DNA of 64,000 nucleotides. Origin: Anolis carolinensis (lineage: Eukaryota). This document shows, one piece after another, positions 25,564 to 37,189 of the stretch; position 1 is the stretch's first letter; each line of letters opens with the position of its first letter. The position numbers and the translations under genes are program-made. The notes under the pieces were generated by a model that saw only the letters and a list, made by a program, of their open reading frames with translations, did no database searches and was not told the DNA's origin. Where the stretch lies: positions 15,120,590 through 15,184,589 of the forward strand of contig NW_026943825.1 of the NCBI RefSeq assembly GCF_035594765.1. Direction: 5' to 3'.

Positions 25564-26080
25564 TCTCTAGGAATCTCTAGGTCCTCCAGGGCAACACTAT
25601 GGTTAATTTAGAGTCATGCTGAAGGATCCAGCGTTTCCTAGAGAGAACATATCTCTAAGAATCTCTAGGGCCTCCAGAGTCATTCCATCAGACATTGACG
25701 TCCTGGAGATTCCTAAAGATATATTATCTCTAGGAATCTCTAGGTCCTCCAGGGCAACACTATGGTTAATTTAGAGTCATGCTGAAGGATCCAGCGTTTC
25801 CTAGAGAGAACATATCTCTAAGAATCTCTAGGGCCTCCAGAGTCATTCCATCAGACATTGACGTCCTGGAGATTCCTAAAGATATATTATCTCTAGGAAT
25901 CTCTAGGTCCTCCAGGGCAACACTATGGTTAATTTAGAGTGATGTTGAAGGATCCAGCATTTCCTAGAGAGAACATATCTCTAAGAATCTCTAGGGCCTC
26001 CAGAGTCATTCCATCAGACATTGATGTCCTGGAGATTCCTAAAGATATATTATCTCTAGGAATCACTAGGTCTTCCAGAA
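25564..26080. repeat. 163-bp tandem repeat, about 3 copies, PGLYRP3 intron 1
   Basis: tctctaggaatc recurs at 25564, 25727, 25890 and 26053; each unit has two related halves of about 80 bp. Confidence 0.85.
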
Positions 26081-26905
26081 CAATTTTGCGGTGGAGGTTA
26101 ACAACAGAATTGACATGGAGGACATAGAGAGTATTAGGAAGGTTTTCTTTCAAGTTGAAAAATAACTCCATTTAAATGCATGTTTTTTCCACTTTCATAG
26201 GAGCCCTGCGTGCCAACCTCAGCGAAAGTGGAGGGCCTACAGGATAGTAGAATTAGAAAAAAAAATACATAGAGGGCAACCCAAAAATGTCTTATTTGCT
26301 GCCACCTTGAGGGTAACATTGGATCTACTGACCTGGAGTTAAGGAAGGATTCATTTCAGTGGAACACTAGGAGAAACATGTTGACAGTAAGTGTCGTGTG
26401 GCAATGGATGCAATTATATAAGAAGGTGCCACTTATGGAATGTGTAGTTTCTATGTGGTACTTAAGAGAGATGTAGTGGTTTGAGCATTGGAGTATCATT
26501 CTGGATTCCAAGGTTTGAATCCTCACTTGGCCATGGAGTCGTATGTTCTCCACAACAGAAGACCCATTCTGGGTCTCCATAAGACATGAAGATTCACAAC
26601 AACAATGGAGAGACTTCGAATTCTTGGCTAGGACACTTCAGTGTCTTTACCTGATCTGCAGCACTTCAATATGTTAGCAAAGACTTTCAAGAAGCTCTAC
26701 AAATCCCAAATCATTAAGGACCATAGACGTCAAAGAGCTAGGTGAGTTCATTTCTGAAGTAGGGCACAGATAGTTTGATCTCCAGAAGCCTAGCCCAGCA
26801 TGACGAATGCTAGAATGCTAGTGGATGATGGGAAGTGTAGTTGGAAGAATCTGGGTGGTCCCCTGCACTGATCAATCCCCAATAAGATATAGTTTTGGAA
26901 CCTAC

Positions 26906-26979
26906 CTCGTCTGCTTTGTCTAAGACCAGGTTCCTGCTCTTCCTAAGAGCGGTGGCTTTCTCATCCCTTTCCTTTTAAA
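26906..26979 (-). promoter_or_regulatory. PGLYRP3: Putative TATA-like box and non-coding exon 1 of PGLYRP3
   Basis: TTTAAAA on - at 26979-26973, donor GAG|gtagg at 26906/26905, splicing to acceptor ttcattctgcag at 25529/25528. Confidence 0.5.
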
Positions 26980-28619
26980 GGCAGGAGTATAGGGAAAACC
27001 GGGATGTTGCAACAAATCCAAATACAGTGGTGAATGTCGATGCCATTGAGGGCGTGACCAGGAGACTGTAGCAACGAAACTCTCAGCTCTGATGTGGAGG
27101 CGAGATCCACAATGTCAGAGAGAAACGGGAAGAGCTTTCTCTCGCTTGGATTAGGGGCATAGGGACCCCAAGAAGGTGAAAATTGTAATTACAGAAATTG
27201 CTAGTTTTTTTTAACCCAAGAGATCACCTCCTTAGGAATTTCTAGGACTTTCAGCAAGACTATGGTGAACGTCTTCTGGAAATCGACAACAGAATCCCAT
27301 TGGAGGACCTAAAGATTCCTAGAGAGAGGTTCTCCCTAGAAATATCTAGGTTCTCCAGCATAGAGTCCATTTTGGAGGACCTAGAGACTAGAGATGTGCA
27401 CGAATTTTTTTGCTTCATTTCCTTCGTGCTATCGTTTTGTTTCGACCGTTCGTCTATTTATTTATTTATTATTTATTTATTACAATATTTATATCCCGCC
27501 CTTCTCACCCAACAGGGGACTCAAGGCAGCTTACAATAAAATGCATATATAAAAAATATACAGTGCAATATAAATCAGTTAAAATTATTATTAACTTACA
27601 TCAGTATTCATAAAACACATTATAAAATACAGGTAGGCATGTTCAGTTCATAAAACTGGGTCTGTCGATTGAGTTCCAGCGTACATGATAATAATTAACG
27701 CTGCCAATTATTATTCAAAAGCCTGGCCCCATAACCAAGTCTACACAAAACGAATGATGAGATTTTTGTAGGAAATGAGAGGCGACATGAAAATGAAAGC
27801 CAGACAAAAATGTGTGTTGTATAGGGGCCCTTTTTCGTTAGCGGGATACGAATACAATAATGAGATGACATGAAAGAAACTACACAAAGTGGGCAGCAAT
27901 TCCACATGAATGCACAACACTACTAGAGACCCCATTTCAATCAAACTGCGTACCTGCATCATGTGCTGAAGTTCTCAGGTTCAGGTTCTAGGTATCTTCA
28001 GCTCCAATGGGAGAGGCATCAGCAACAGCTACTAGGGATGTGTGATCAATTAAAATATGTTTCAAAATCATTATAAAACTGGGGAAGCTGGCATTTCATT
28101 TCAATTTTGTTACTTTTCGTTATAGCAATTGAGCAAGTGGGGAAACTTCAGGAGCTCCTTTCTCCCTCATTTTTAGAGTGATCATGATGAAACTTGCTAC
28201 AATGGTACCACACATTTTCCACTCTTAGCCCACCAAGTTTCAGGACGTTACACTCATCAACTAATTTTAGGGGAAATTCTGAATTTTTTTAAAAAAAATA
28301 TTGCGGAAAATTTTGAATTTTTTTACAAACTTTTTGGGGGGAAAAAACTACAAAAGCTAACTACTTGAATTTTATATACAATGCACAAGATAGCCAGGGC
28401 ATCAATCTCCAGAAGTTTCAGAAAGATTTGCACATCTACAGATTTTTGGGGATTTTAAAAAGTTGAGACAAAATCAATTTATCCCCCAAAAAGCGACCAC
28501 AACAATCCCCTTGAATCTGCCTGTCTTTATAACACACAAACACATAACTTCAACTTTAAGATGGGCCCAAATCTTGCTTTATAGATGCCATAAGATTCTC
28601 CCTCCCGAGCCTGATTATG

Positions 28620-29144
28620 ATCTATCTGTCCTTATGCGATAATATTGAAACCAGGAAATATATTTTATCTAATTTGTTCATTTCCTGTTGTGTTTTTAAT
28701 GCCCAATTCCCATTTTTTTATTATTAATAGATCATTATATTTAAGCCAATTTCCCCACCCTATTCTTCTTCTTTGGGAGGCCTCTAATGGTGATATCCAT
28801 AATGGTGATTTTTCATATAACTTTTTTTATATTTCTCCCATATTTTAAGAATTGAGGACCTTATAAAACGAAATTATTTTCTATCTTTTTTTTTTTCATA
28901 CCAGAGATAAGAGTGCCACCCTAATCTCAGGTCTATTCCCTTCAGATTCAAAAGTTTTGCTATTTTCAAGTTTTGCCCAATCTTTGGCCCACAATAGTGC
29001 TGCCGCCTCAAAGTATAGTTTTAAATCAGGTGTAGCTAGACCTCCCCTCTTTCTTTCATCAATCATGTATTTTACTTTAATTCTGGGTTTCTGTTTCTTT
29101 TCTTTTCTTTTCTTTTGCCAAATAAACTTCATTATATCTTTATA
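28620..29144 (-). mobile_element. L1 ORF2 fragment abutting the solo LTR
   Basis: MKFIWQ...KPRIKVKYMIDERKRGGLATPDLKLYFEAA is a typical L1 post-RT motif. Confidence 0.8.
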
Positions 29145-30299
29145 TGTTATGGTTGAGCCTTATGGCTCCGATACTGGGAGACGTGGTCGTAAGACTCCTC
29201 GGGAGTCAGATACTCTCGAGGAGCGAGAAAGGAAGCGGCTGCGGGACTTATTTGCAGAACCATCTGACGAGGATTCCTTTGAGGGTTTTACTGAGAGAAT
29301 GGAGGAAGAGATGGTTAGCTCAGAGGAGGATGACATGGAATGGACTCGTGTGAGGGAGGATTTGGGTGCCACTGGCAATGATAGTATGGAAGGCGATTGG
29401 GGACCTTCAGGATTAGACCCGTGGACAAGCTGGAGGGATGGGACGGGATCCACAGCTGGGGATGCTGTGGGGCGTAGTCAAAGGTGTTTCAGCTCTGATG
29501 AGGAAAGTGATGAGGAAACGCCTGGAATTAGGGTAACAGCTGATAGTGATGAGGAGCTGTAAACTGGCATAAAATGGGGTTTGGAAGCAATGGCTAATTG
29601 CGTTGGGCAAGGTAATCTGGACGAACGCTTGGGCTCTGTGTGGGAAATTCCTGAAGACGGGTGTGATTCGTTTGCTGACTACGTAAGTTACCAAGGACAC
29701 TGGGCATAGACGGCGGGAGGAACTGTGTGGGCTTTTGTTGTGCAACCTGTGCTTAATCTTAATAGCTTGGACCTCCGTCGTCTTCTTGACGGACGCCATC
29801 TGTTTATTCTGGACTGACTGACTGACTGACTGACTACGGCCTCGGACTCTCCTTCCTGTGATTATCGTTGGACCTGGTGAACTACAAACGTCTGTACCTG
29901 CCTTACGACCTTCGGACCGGATTGGAACTTCGCTGACCGCTTCTGCCCTTGAATGCTGCGTTTGTATCTGGAAATTGCTTGCTGTGTGGAGGAGTAACCT
30001 CTTAGTTACTCAAACATAGCTTTTGGCAGCAGAGAAGCATCTGCTGCCAGTTTTTTGTATTCCTTTGAACCTTTTGTTCACCAGCTTTTGTTTGTTTTAG
30101 TCCCAGGCTGAAGTAAGCTTTTTTGGTTTAACCCGGATTAAACTCCGGTTTAATCCGGTTTATCTTTTGAACGTTTTCCTTGTGTCTTTTTACTTTTAAG
30201 GCCAATGTTTGCCTAGCCCTTGTCTTTTACGGGCATTTTTGGTTCTGTAACTCCAATAAACTTTGTTATATCTTATCTTGTGGCATTCTGTCCTTGACA
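29145..30299 (+). mobile_element. Solo LTR (Gypsy/BEL-like), 1155 bp, 5-bp TSD TTATA
   Basis: TGTTA...TGACA termini; TTATA at 29140-29144 and 30300-30304; CATAAAA at 29568-29574; AATAAA at 30255-30260; CpG-rich, so probably young. Confidence 0.85.
29149..29562 (+). CDS. LTR (U3)-encoded 137-aa acidic protein with a basic N-terminal cluster and an FxGF motif
   Basis: Uninterrupted ATG-to-TAA ORF starting 4 nt inside the LTR: MVEPYGSDTGRRGRKTPRESDTLEERERKRLRDLFAEPSDEDSFEGFTERMEEEMVSSEEDD...SSDEESDEE...DSDEEL*. Expression not shown. Confidence 0.5.
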   Translation: MVEPYGSDTGRRGRKTPRESDTLEERERKRLRDLFAEPSDEDSFEGFTERMEEEMVSSEEDDMEWTRVREDLGATGNDSMEGDWGPSGLDPWTSWRDGTGSTAGDAVGRSQRCFSSDEESDEETPGIRVTADSDEEL

Positions 30300-30466
30300 T
30301 TATATCCATCCTGAGGAACAAAGGCCTCTCCAAGCTCACCACAAGTAAGTTTCTGCTGCTTATGAAACGTGGTTCTGCCACTCTGCTGTATTTTTGAGGA
30401 ATCACCCCAGAAGAGAGTTATTTTGAGTCTAACCACTCAATAGATCCCCAACACCTGCTCTAAATA

Positions 30467-30940
30467 GAATAGTAGAGTTGGAAGAGACCTCATGGGCTAT
30501 CCAGTCCAACCCCCTGTTAAGAAGCAGGAAATCGCATTCAAAGCACCCCCGACAGATGGCCATCCAGCCTCTGCTTAAAAGCCTCCAAGGAAGGAGCCTC
30601 CACCACGGCCCGGGGGAGAGAGTTCCACTGGTGAACAGCCCTTCTCACAGTGAGGAGGTTCTTCCTGATGTTCAGGTGGAATCTCCTTTCCTGTAGTTTG
30701 AAGCCATTGTTCCGCGTCCTAGTCTGCAGGGCAGCAGAAAACAAGCTTGCTCCCTCCTCCCTATGACTTCCCTTCACGTATTTGTCCATGGCTATCATGT
30801 CTCCTCTCAGCCTTCTCTTCTGCAGGCTAAACATGCCCAGCTCTTTAAGCCGCTCCTCATAGGGCTTGTTCTCCAGACCCTTAATCATTTTAGTCGCCCT
30901 CCTCTGGACGCTTTCCAGCTTGTCAACATCTCCCTTCAAT
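30467..30940 (-). mobile_element. CR1 LINE 3' end, young
   Basis: DVDKLESVQRRATKMIKGLENKPYEERLKELGMFSLQKRRLRGDMI...WNSLP...AFKQRLDGHL plus CR1 3' UTR. Confidence 0.92.
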
Positions 30941-31000
30941 AGCTGGATACTGTAGCTCTCATTGGGGCTCTCATCTGATACTGAGCACTGCATTCTGGGA

Positions 31001-31024
<24 letters not shown>

Positions 31025-31042
<18 letters not shown>

Positions 31043-31680
31043 CTTTATTTATACCCCACCACCATCTCCCCAATGGGGACTCGGGGTGGCTTACATGGGG
31101 CCATGCCAGAACAATACAATATAACAAAATATAATAGAACAACAAATCATAGCACATTAAACAACACAATAAAAGAAAATATACACTACATTAAACAAGA
31201 TCAAAGAACAATAAAACCAAGGGCGGGCCACATGAACACTAGATTAAAACTCGAGGTGAGAAAGGAAGTAGGAGTAAAAACCACAGAGGACAGGGTCATA
31301 AAGTGGCGGTGCGATCTGGAGGACAAATATTGAAGGAGAGCAGCAAAAGGGATGTATGTAGTGGTTACTCTCCAAAGGCACAACGGAAGAGCCATGTTTT
31401 CAGGTCTTTCTTAAAGGCTGCTAGTGTGGGGGCTTGCCTAATCTCACCGGGCAGTGAGTTCCACAATCGGGGGGCCACAGCAGAGAAGGCCCTCTCCCTT
31501 GTTCCCACAAAGTGGGCCTGAGATATCGGCAGTGGCGACAGGAGAGCCTCCCCTGACGATCGAAGGGATCGGGCAGGTTTATGATAGGAGATACGGTCAC
31601 GAAGGTAGGTGGGTCCCAAACCGTTTAGGGCTTTATAGGTGATGGTCTGCACCTTGAATTGGGACCGGAAAACAAACGGC
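31025..31680 (-). mobile_element. L2 LINE 3' end
   Basis: ITYKALNGLGPTYLRD...RSLRSS...RAFSAVAPRLWNSLP...FKKDLKTWLF with L2 3' UTR and (TAT)n tail. Confidence 0.88.
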
Positions 31681-32814
31681 AGTCATGGAAATGTAGTTTA
31701 GGGCAAGGCCTTTTGCATTCTCTGCCGCAGGAGGCCTCGCCTTCCCAAACTACATTTCCCAGAATGCTGTGTCTTCAGTCTCCACACATTAACTTTGCTA
31801 GTCCCAACCACAGCGCCTTCCTTATGGTGATCGGGCCAAATAAAAAGGGTTGGTTTACAAAACACTTGATGTTGTCTTGGCTTTACCAAAATTGCTTATT
31901 GCTTATACTGAAAATTAAACTGACCTTGGGAGGCATCCGAATGTTACAGAATCTTAACGAATATGATTGGCGAGTGTTTTTCTATTCTTAAATTCCCCAC
32001 CATCACTACCACCTTTCCTGCATGTTTCTAATATCGATTCATATTTGACAAATTTGATATGAAATACGAATGAAACACAAAATTATGCACATCCCTAATA
32101 CTGACAATAACAACATTGTTGGCTTTAACACATAAGGATGGAGTTTCCTAGCAAATTGTCCCATATTCTGGTGTGAAAGTATTCCCTGTTCATGCCACAA
32201 GGGAGCAGCAATGTCACGAATTGGATTTCCTTTCAAAAACTAGAAAAGAAAAGGAGAAAAGAGGAAAAAATTTCTTTACAGTGACCGTATGGATCTGCTC
32301 TGGGGATTTATCCAAGGACTGTCCAAATAGAATCTGAACCTTGTGGAATCTCAATTTCAGACTAAAACTCAATGCTCCTTTTAGTGTAATGCCGTAGTAT
32401 CGTGGGGATTGTAGTTTGGTGAAGCAACATCCCTCCTTAGCAGAGAAAGTGAGAGTCTTGGAAAAAGTACAACTCCCAGGCTTCCATAAGGTTGAACCAC
32501 CACAGTTAAAGTGGTTCAAAGCTGTGTTCGTTCTCCAATGTAGATGCTCCCTTATTGTAACTCCTTCTCTTTACAGCCTTGATAGCATCATAGGAAAGAA
32601 CTAAAATAAACCATCAATAGAATTAAATGCCATTCCAATGAATTTCTAATGCATTCTTGTGGCCTCTTTATTGCAGAGTTTCTAATTTATTGACCATGTG
32701 TTCATGAAAATTGTCATTTTTTTACAGTTATGAGCCACTTTGGATCTCAGTTCCTGAGATAAAACAGGGTATAAATAAATATTATAGTATAATAATATCA
32801 TGTAATGTAGTACA

Positions 32815-32877
<63 letters not shown>

Positions 32878-33687
32878 CCTACTGGGATCTGCACGCATCA
32901 TCCAAAAATACATCAAACAGTCCTAGACACTTGGGAAGTGTTCGACTTGTGATTTTGTGAAACGAAATCCAGCATATCTATCTTGTTTGCTGTGTCATAC
33001 AATACAATAATAATAATGATGATGATGTTGATGATGATGATGATGCAGACTGTGCAAGGAAGCTGACAAAACCATTGATCATATCCTCAGCTGCTGTAAG
33101 AAAATCACACAGACAGACTACAAACAGAGGCACAACCATGTGGCCCAAATGATTCATTGGAACTTATGCCTCAAGTACTACCTCCCAGCAGCAAAGAATT
33201 GGTGGGATCACAAACCTGCAAAAGTATTGGAAAATGAGCATGCAAAGATACTGTGGGACTTCCGAATCCAGACTGACAAAGTTCTGGAACACAACACACC
33301 AGACATCACAGTTGTGGAAAAGAAAAAGGTTTGGATCATTGATGTCGCCATCCCAGGTGACAGTCGCATTGATAAAAAACAACAGGAAAAACTCAGCCGC
33401 TCTCAGGACCTCAAGATTGAACTTCAAAGACTCTGGCAGAAACCAGTGCAGGTGGTCATGGTGGTGATGGGCACACTGGGTGCCGTGCCAAAAGATCTCA
33501 GCCGGCATTTGGAAACAATAGACATTGACAAAATTACGATCTGCCAGTTGCAAAAGGCCACCCTGCTGGGATCTGCACGCATCATCCGAAAATACATCAC
33601 AGAGTCCTAGACACTTGGGAAGTGTTCGACTTGTGATTTTGTGATATAAAATCCAGAATATCTATCTTGTTTGCTGTGTCATAATAA

Positions 33688-33742
<55 letters not shown>

Positions 33743-33875
33743 GCAATAATCTGTCATCAAATACATCACAGAGTCCTAGACACTTGGGAAGTGTTCGACT
33801 TATGGTTTTGTGAAACAAAATCCAGCATGTCTATCTTGTTTGCTGTGTCATACAACATCATTGTGTCAATAGCAA
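32878..33875 (+). mobile_element. Cluster of 5'-truncated R4/Dong retrotransposon copies in (TAA)n
   Basis: CCHC motif, RHN motif and restriction-like endonuclease PD..D motif (TPDITVVEKKKVWIIDVAIP); each 3' end abuts TAA repeats. Confidence 0.85.
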
Positions 33876-36800
33876 TAATCTGTCAATTGTCTATGACAAT
33901 GTCTTTGGCCAGTCCTTCAACTTCTAATTTTGATATTTTGATCCTCCTCCTTTTTTTGCTTGTCTCAACCCAGTTGAGGAATGTTGCCTCACTTGATGAA
34001 AAAGAGAAGAAGGAAGACTTGTTGAAACTGGTGGTTTCAAGCTTCCACCACTGGGACAGCCCCACGTTGAGGAAATGGATCAGAGATGCTGCCCTGCCCA
34101 CCAAAAATAGAGTTTCATAGGCTCAAGAAAGCCATGAGTTTACAAAGACAGAACAGTAGGGGGAATTGGGGGTCTATCCACTCCACTCTCCTCTACAACC
34201 TCTCAATACAATGTAGGATTAATTCAGATGGACACCACTTTCATTGCCATGGCTCAAAGCTATGGGATCAGGGGAGTTGCAGTTTGGTGCGGCACCAGCA
34301 CTTTTGAGCAAAGAAGACTCCATGGCTGAATCAAGGGTGGACAATGGTGTCTCTCCAGATGTTGTTAGAGCACAACTCAGTGCTAGCCAAGACAGCCACT
34401 GCTTAAGACTAATGGGAATTGTAGTTGAAGAACATCTGGAAGGACTAGCCCAGAGAAGAGGAAAGGAGAGTAGACTGACAGGGGGTTGGCAGAGGGTTGG
34501 ACTGGATGGCCCATGAGGTCTCTTCCAACTCTACTATTCTATGATTCTATGACCTTAACATCATGAAAGAGACTGAGATGGATTAAAATACCTGATATCT
34601 GAGGAGTCCAAGGCGACAGAGCAGGAAGGTGGAGACAGTGTGGCTCTAGCAAGACAGTGATGTCTGGAAAGCCAAGCAAGGGACACTCGGAGAGACTAAA
34701 GTCACTCTTCAACCCTAACTAGTTTAGCGTGTTTTGTTCCCCAAGGGAGAAAAATAACACTTTCTGCCTCTCAAGATGAATGTTGGGTTTGAAAGCAGCA
34801 ATTGAGAAGATGTAATAGCCCATGGGACACATTAGGCCCACAAGACGTCATTTTGGGGGGCCACCAAAGCCACCAGTACATACCTAACTTTATTTACAGT
34901 ATTTATATTCCGCCCTTCTCAGGGACTCAGGGTGGATTACAATGAACACATATATGGCAAACATTCAATGCCAACAGACAAACAACATACAGCATAGACA
35001 GACACAGAGGCATTTAATAATAATAATAATAATAAAACTTTATTTATACCCCGCCACCATCTCCCCAATGGGGACTCGGGGCGGCTTACATGGGGCCATG
35101 CCCGGGAAAAATACAATATAACACAATATAAAAACAACATATCATAATACAGTTACAACAATACAATAAAGAATCATATACAGTACAACACAAAATCCAA
35201 AGAGCAATATAACAGGGCAGGCCGCACTAACACTCAGTTAAAACTCGGGGTGAGAAAAGGATAAGAAAAAGGATAAGAATAAACAAATAAAATTTAACAT
35301 TTTTCCAGCTTCACGATTCCGGCCACAGGGGGAGCTGTTGCTTCACCGTCCACTAGTGGCTGTACTAACTCATTCCTTTCCTCGTGTTTTGCTGGCAGTT
35401 TTATGGTGTTGTAAATTAGTTAAATTAGCCTCCCGCATAAAACGTACCTAAATTTCCCTACTTGACAGATGCAACTGTCTTTCGGGGCTGCATAGGTCAA
35501 CAGCAAGCCGGGCTATTTAATGGTCGGGGGCTTAACCCAACCCGGGCTTTGAACTCATGACCTCTCGGTCAGTAGTGATTTATTGCAGCTGGTTACTAGC
35601 CAGCTGCGCCACAGCCCAGCCACAACTTTGGCCAAGAAAACCCCAAACCATCACAAGAATATGGAAGACTTGATATCTCGAGTTCCCACCCCCACCCCCT
35701 TAAAAAAGAACCCTTAAAATAGCCATATTTCTGCTGATTCCTTCAACAGGAAGTGACATTATGCCACTTCTGGTTCAACAAGCTGCAATGGATAATTTCC
35801 CCCCAAATATTCACTATGACACATTTGCAGGTTTCACTTTTGCTGATTTGGTTACTTGTGGGTTTGATTAGTATGTTGTCTCTAGGAATCACTGGGTCCT
35901 CTGGCACAATTCTATGGTCAACTTCCACCAGTGATTGACTGTAGATTTATACTGGAGGACCAAAAATGCATAAAGGGACTACTTTTCTAGGTGCCTCTGG
36001 GTCCTCCAGCATGGTGCCACAGTTGACTTCCACCAGTCCTTGACCAGTGAGTCACATTTTTGGAAATAGAGTATGCGTAGACCACGATTCTGTGGTCAAC
36101 ATCCACCAGAAGACAGAAAAAAAAGGAAGACCCCATTCTAGATGGATTGAGCCATCCATCTAGAATGGAGTCTTCCTTTTTTTTTTCTGCCTTCTGGTGG
36201 ATGTTGACTACAGAATCGTGGTCTACACATAAAATGTCCCCAGTTTAACAATAATGATTTAATGATACAAGGGTCAAAAGTAACATTAAACGTAGGACAG
36301 TTTTGGTGGACCATCTTAACCAAGATTGAAAGACCCTGGTTAAGACCTAGGGCCCTCCAGTTATTGACCAGTTTCTACTCCCATCAGCCTTAACCAGCCT
36401 GCACCATAGTGAGGTAGCAACGTAGATGGGAAACTGTGTCCCTCCAGATGCCACGGACCCAAGTTTGCAAGACATAAGCAAGGAGATTGAGTTTTGGAGG
36501 ACTCTCATTCATGGGGTCACCATGTGTCAAAGTTGACTTGAAGACACTTAAGAACAATAACAAATGTCTAACACCATACATCAATTCAAGAACATCCAGT
36601 TAAGAGAAAGTACTAGTAGCCAGGGGGTTCTGGGAGTTGTACTCCAAACAAGTACCTTTAGTAAGCACTGGAAAGAAGTTCTGGAGAACTCTCTCACTGT
36701 TCTTCACACCAGCATCCAATTCTTTCTTCCTGCGAATGAGGATAGGTCACTTTGACAGACCATCTGCACACACCCAAATAGAGAGAGTAATTCAACGTGC

Positions 36801-37189
36801 TTGAAAGTGTAGGTAATTTCCAGCAGGACCATCTGGAATAACAGGTTCTCCTCCACAATCGTGCTGAAGGTGACTGAGAAAGTATTGATCTTCAGGTGAC
36901 CCTAGTTACTTCTCCCTAAGCTATGAACAAAAACTTTATCACCTTGGCTCTTTGTTCCTCAAAAGGCCAATAAAGATCTACAACATCAGCTTTGAAGCTC
37001 AGGGAAAGTTGAGCAATTCATTTCGCAAGAGGTGAACAGAAGGTTAGATCTCAAGCTAAATGGAGTGGTTGAAAGGCTGAAAGACTTGGGGCCTTCCAGA
37101 TATTAACCAATTTCAGTTTCCATCGGCCTTAACCAGCCTGGACCACAGTGAGGAAGCAACGTAGGTGGGAAAATGTTCTTCAGATGTTC

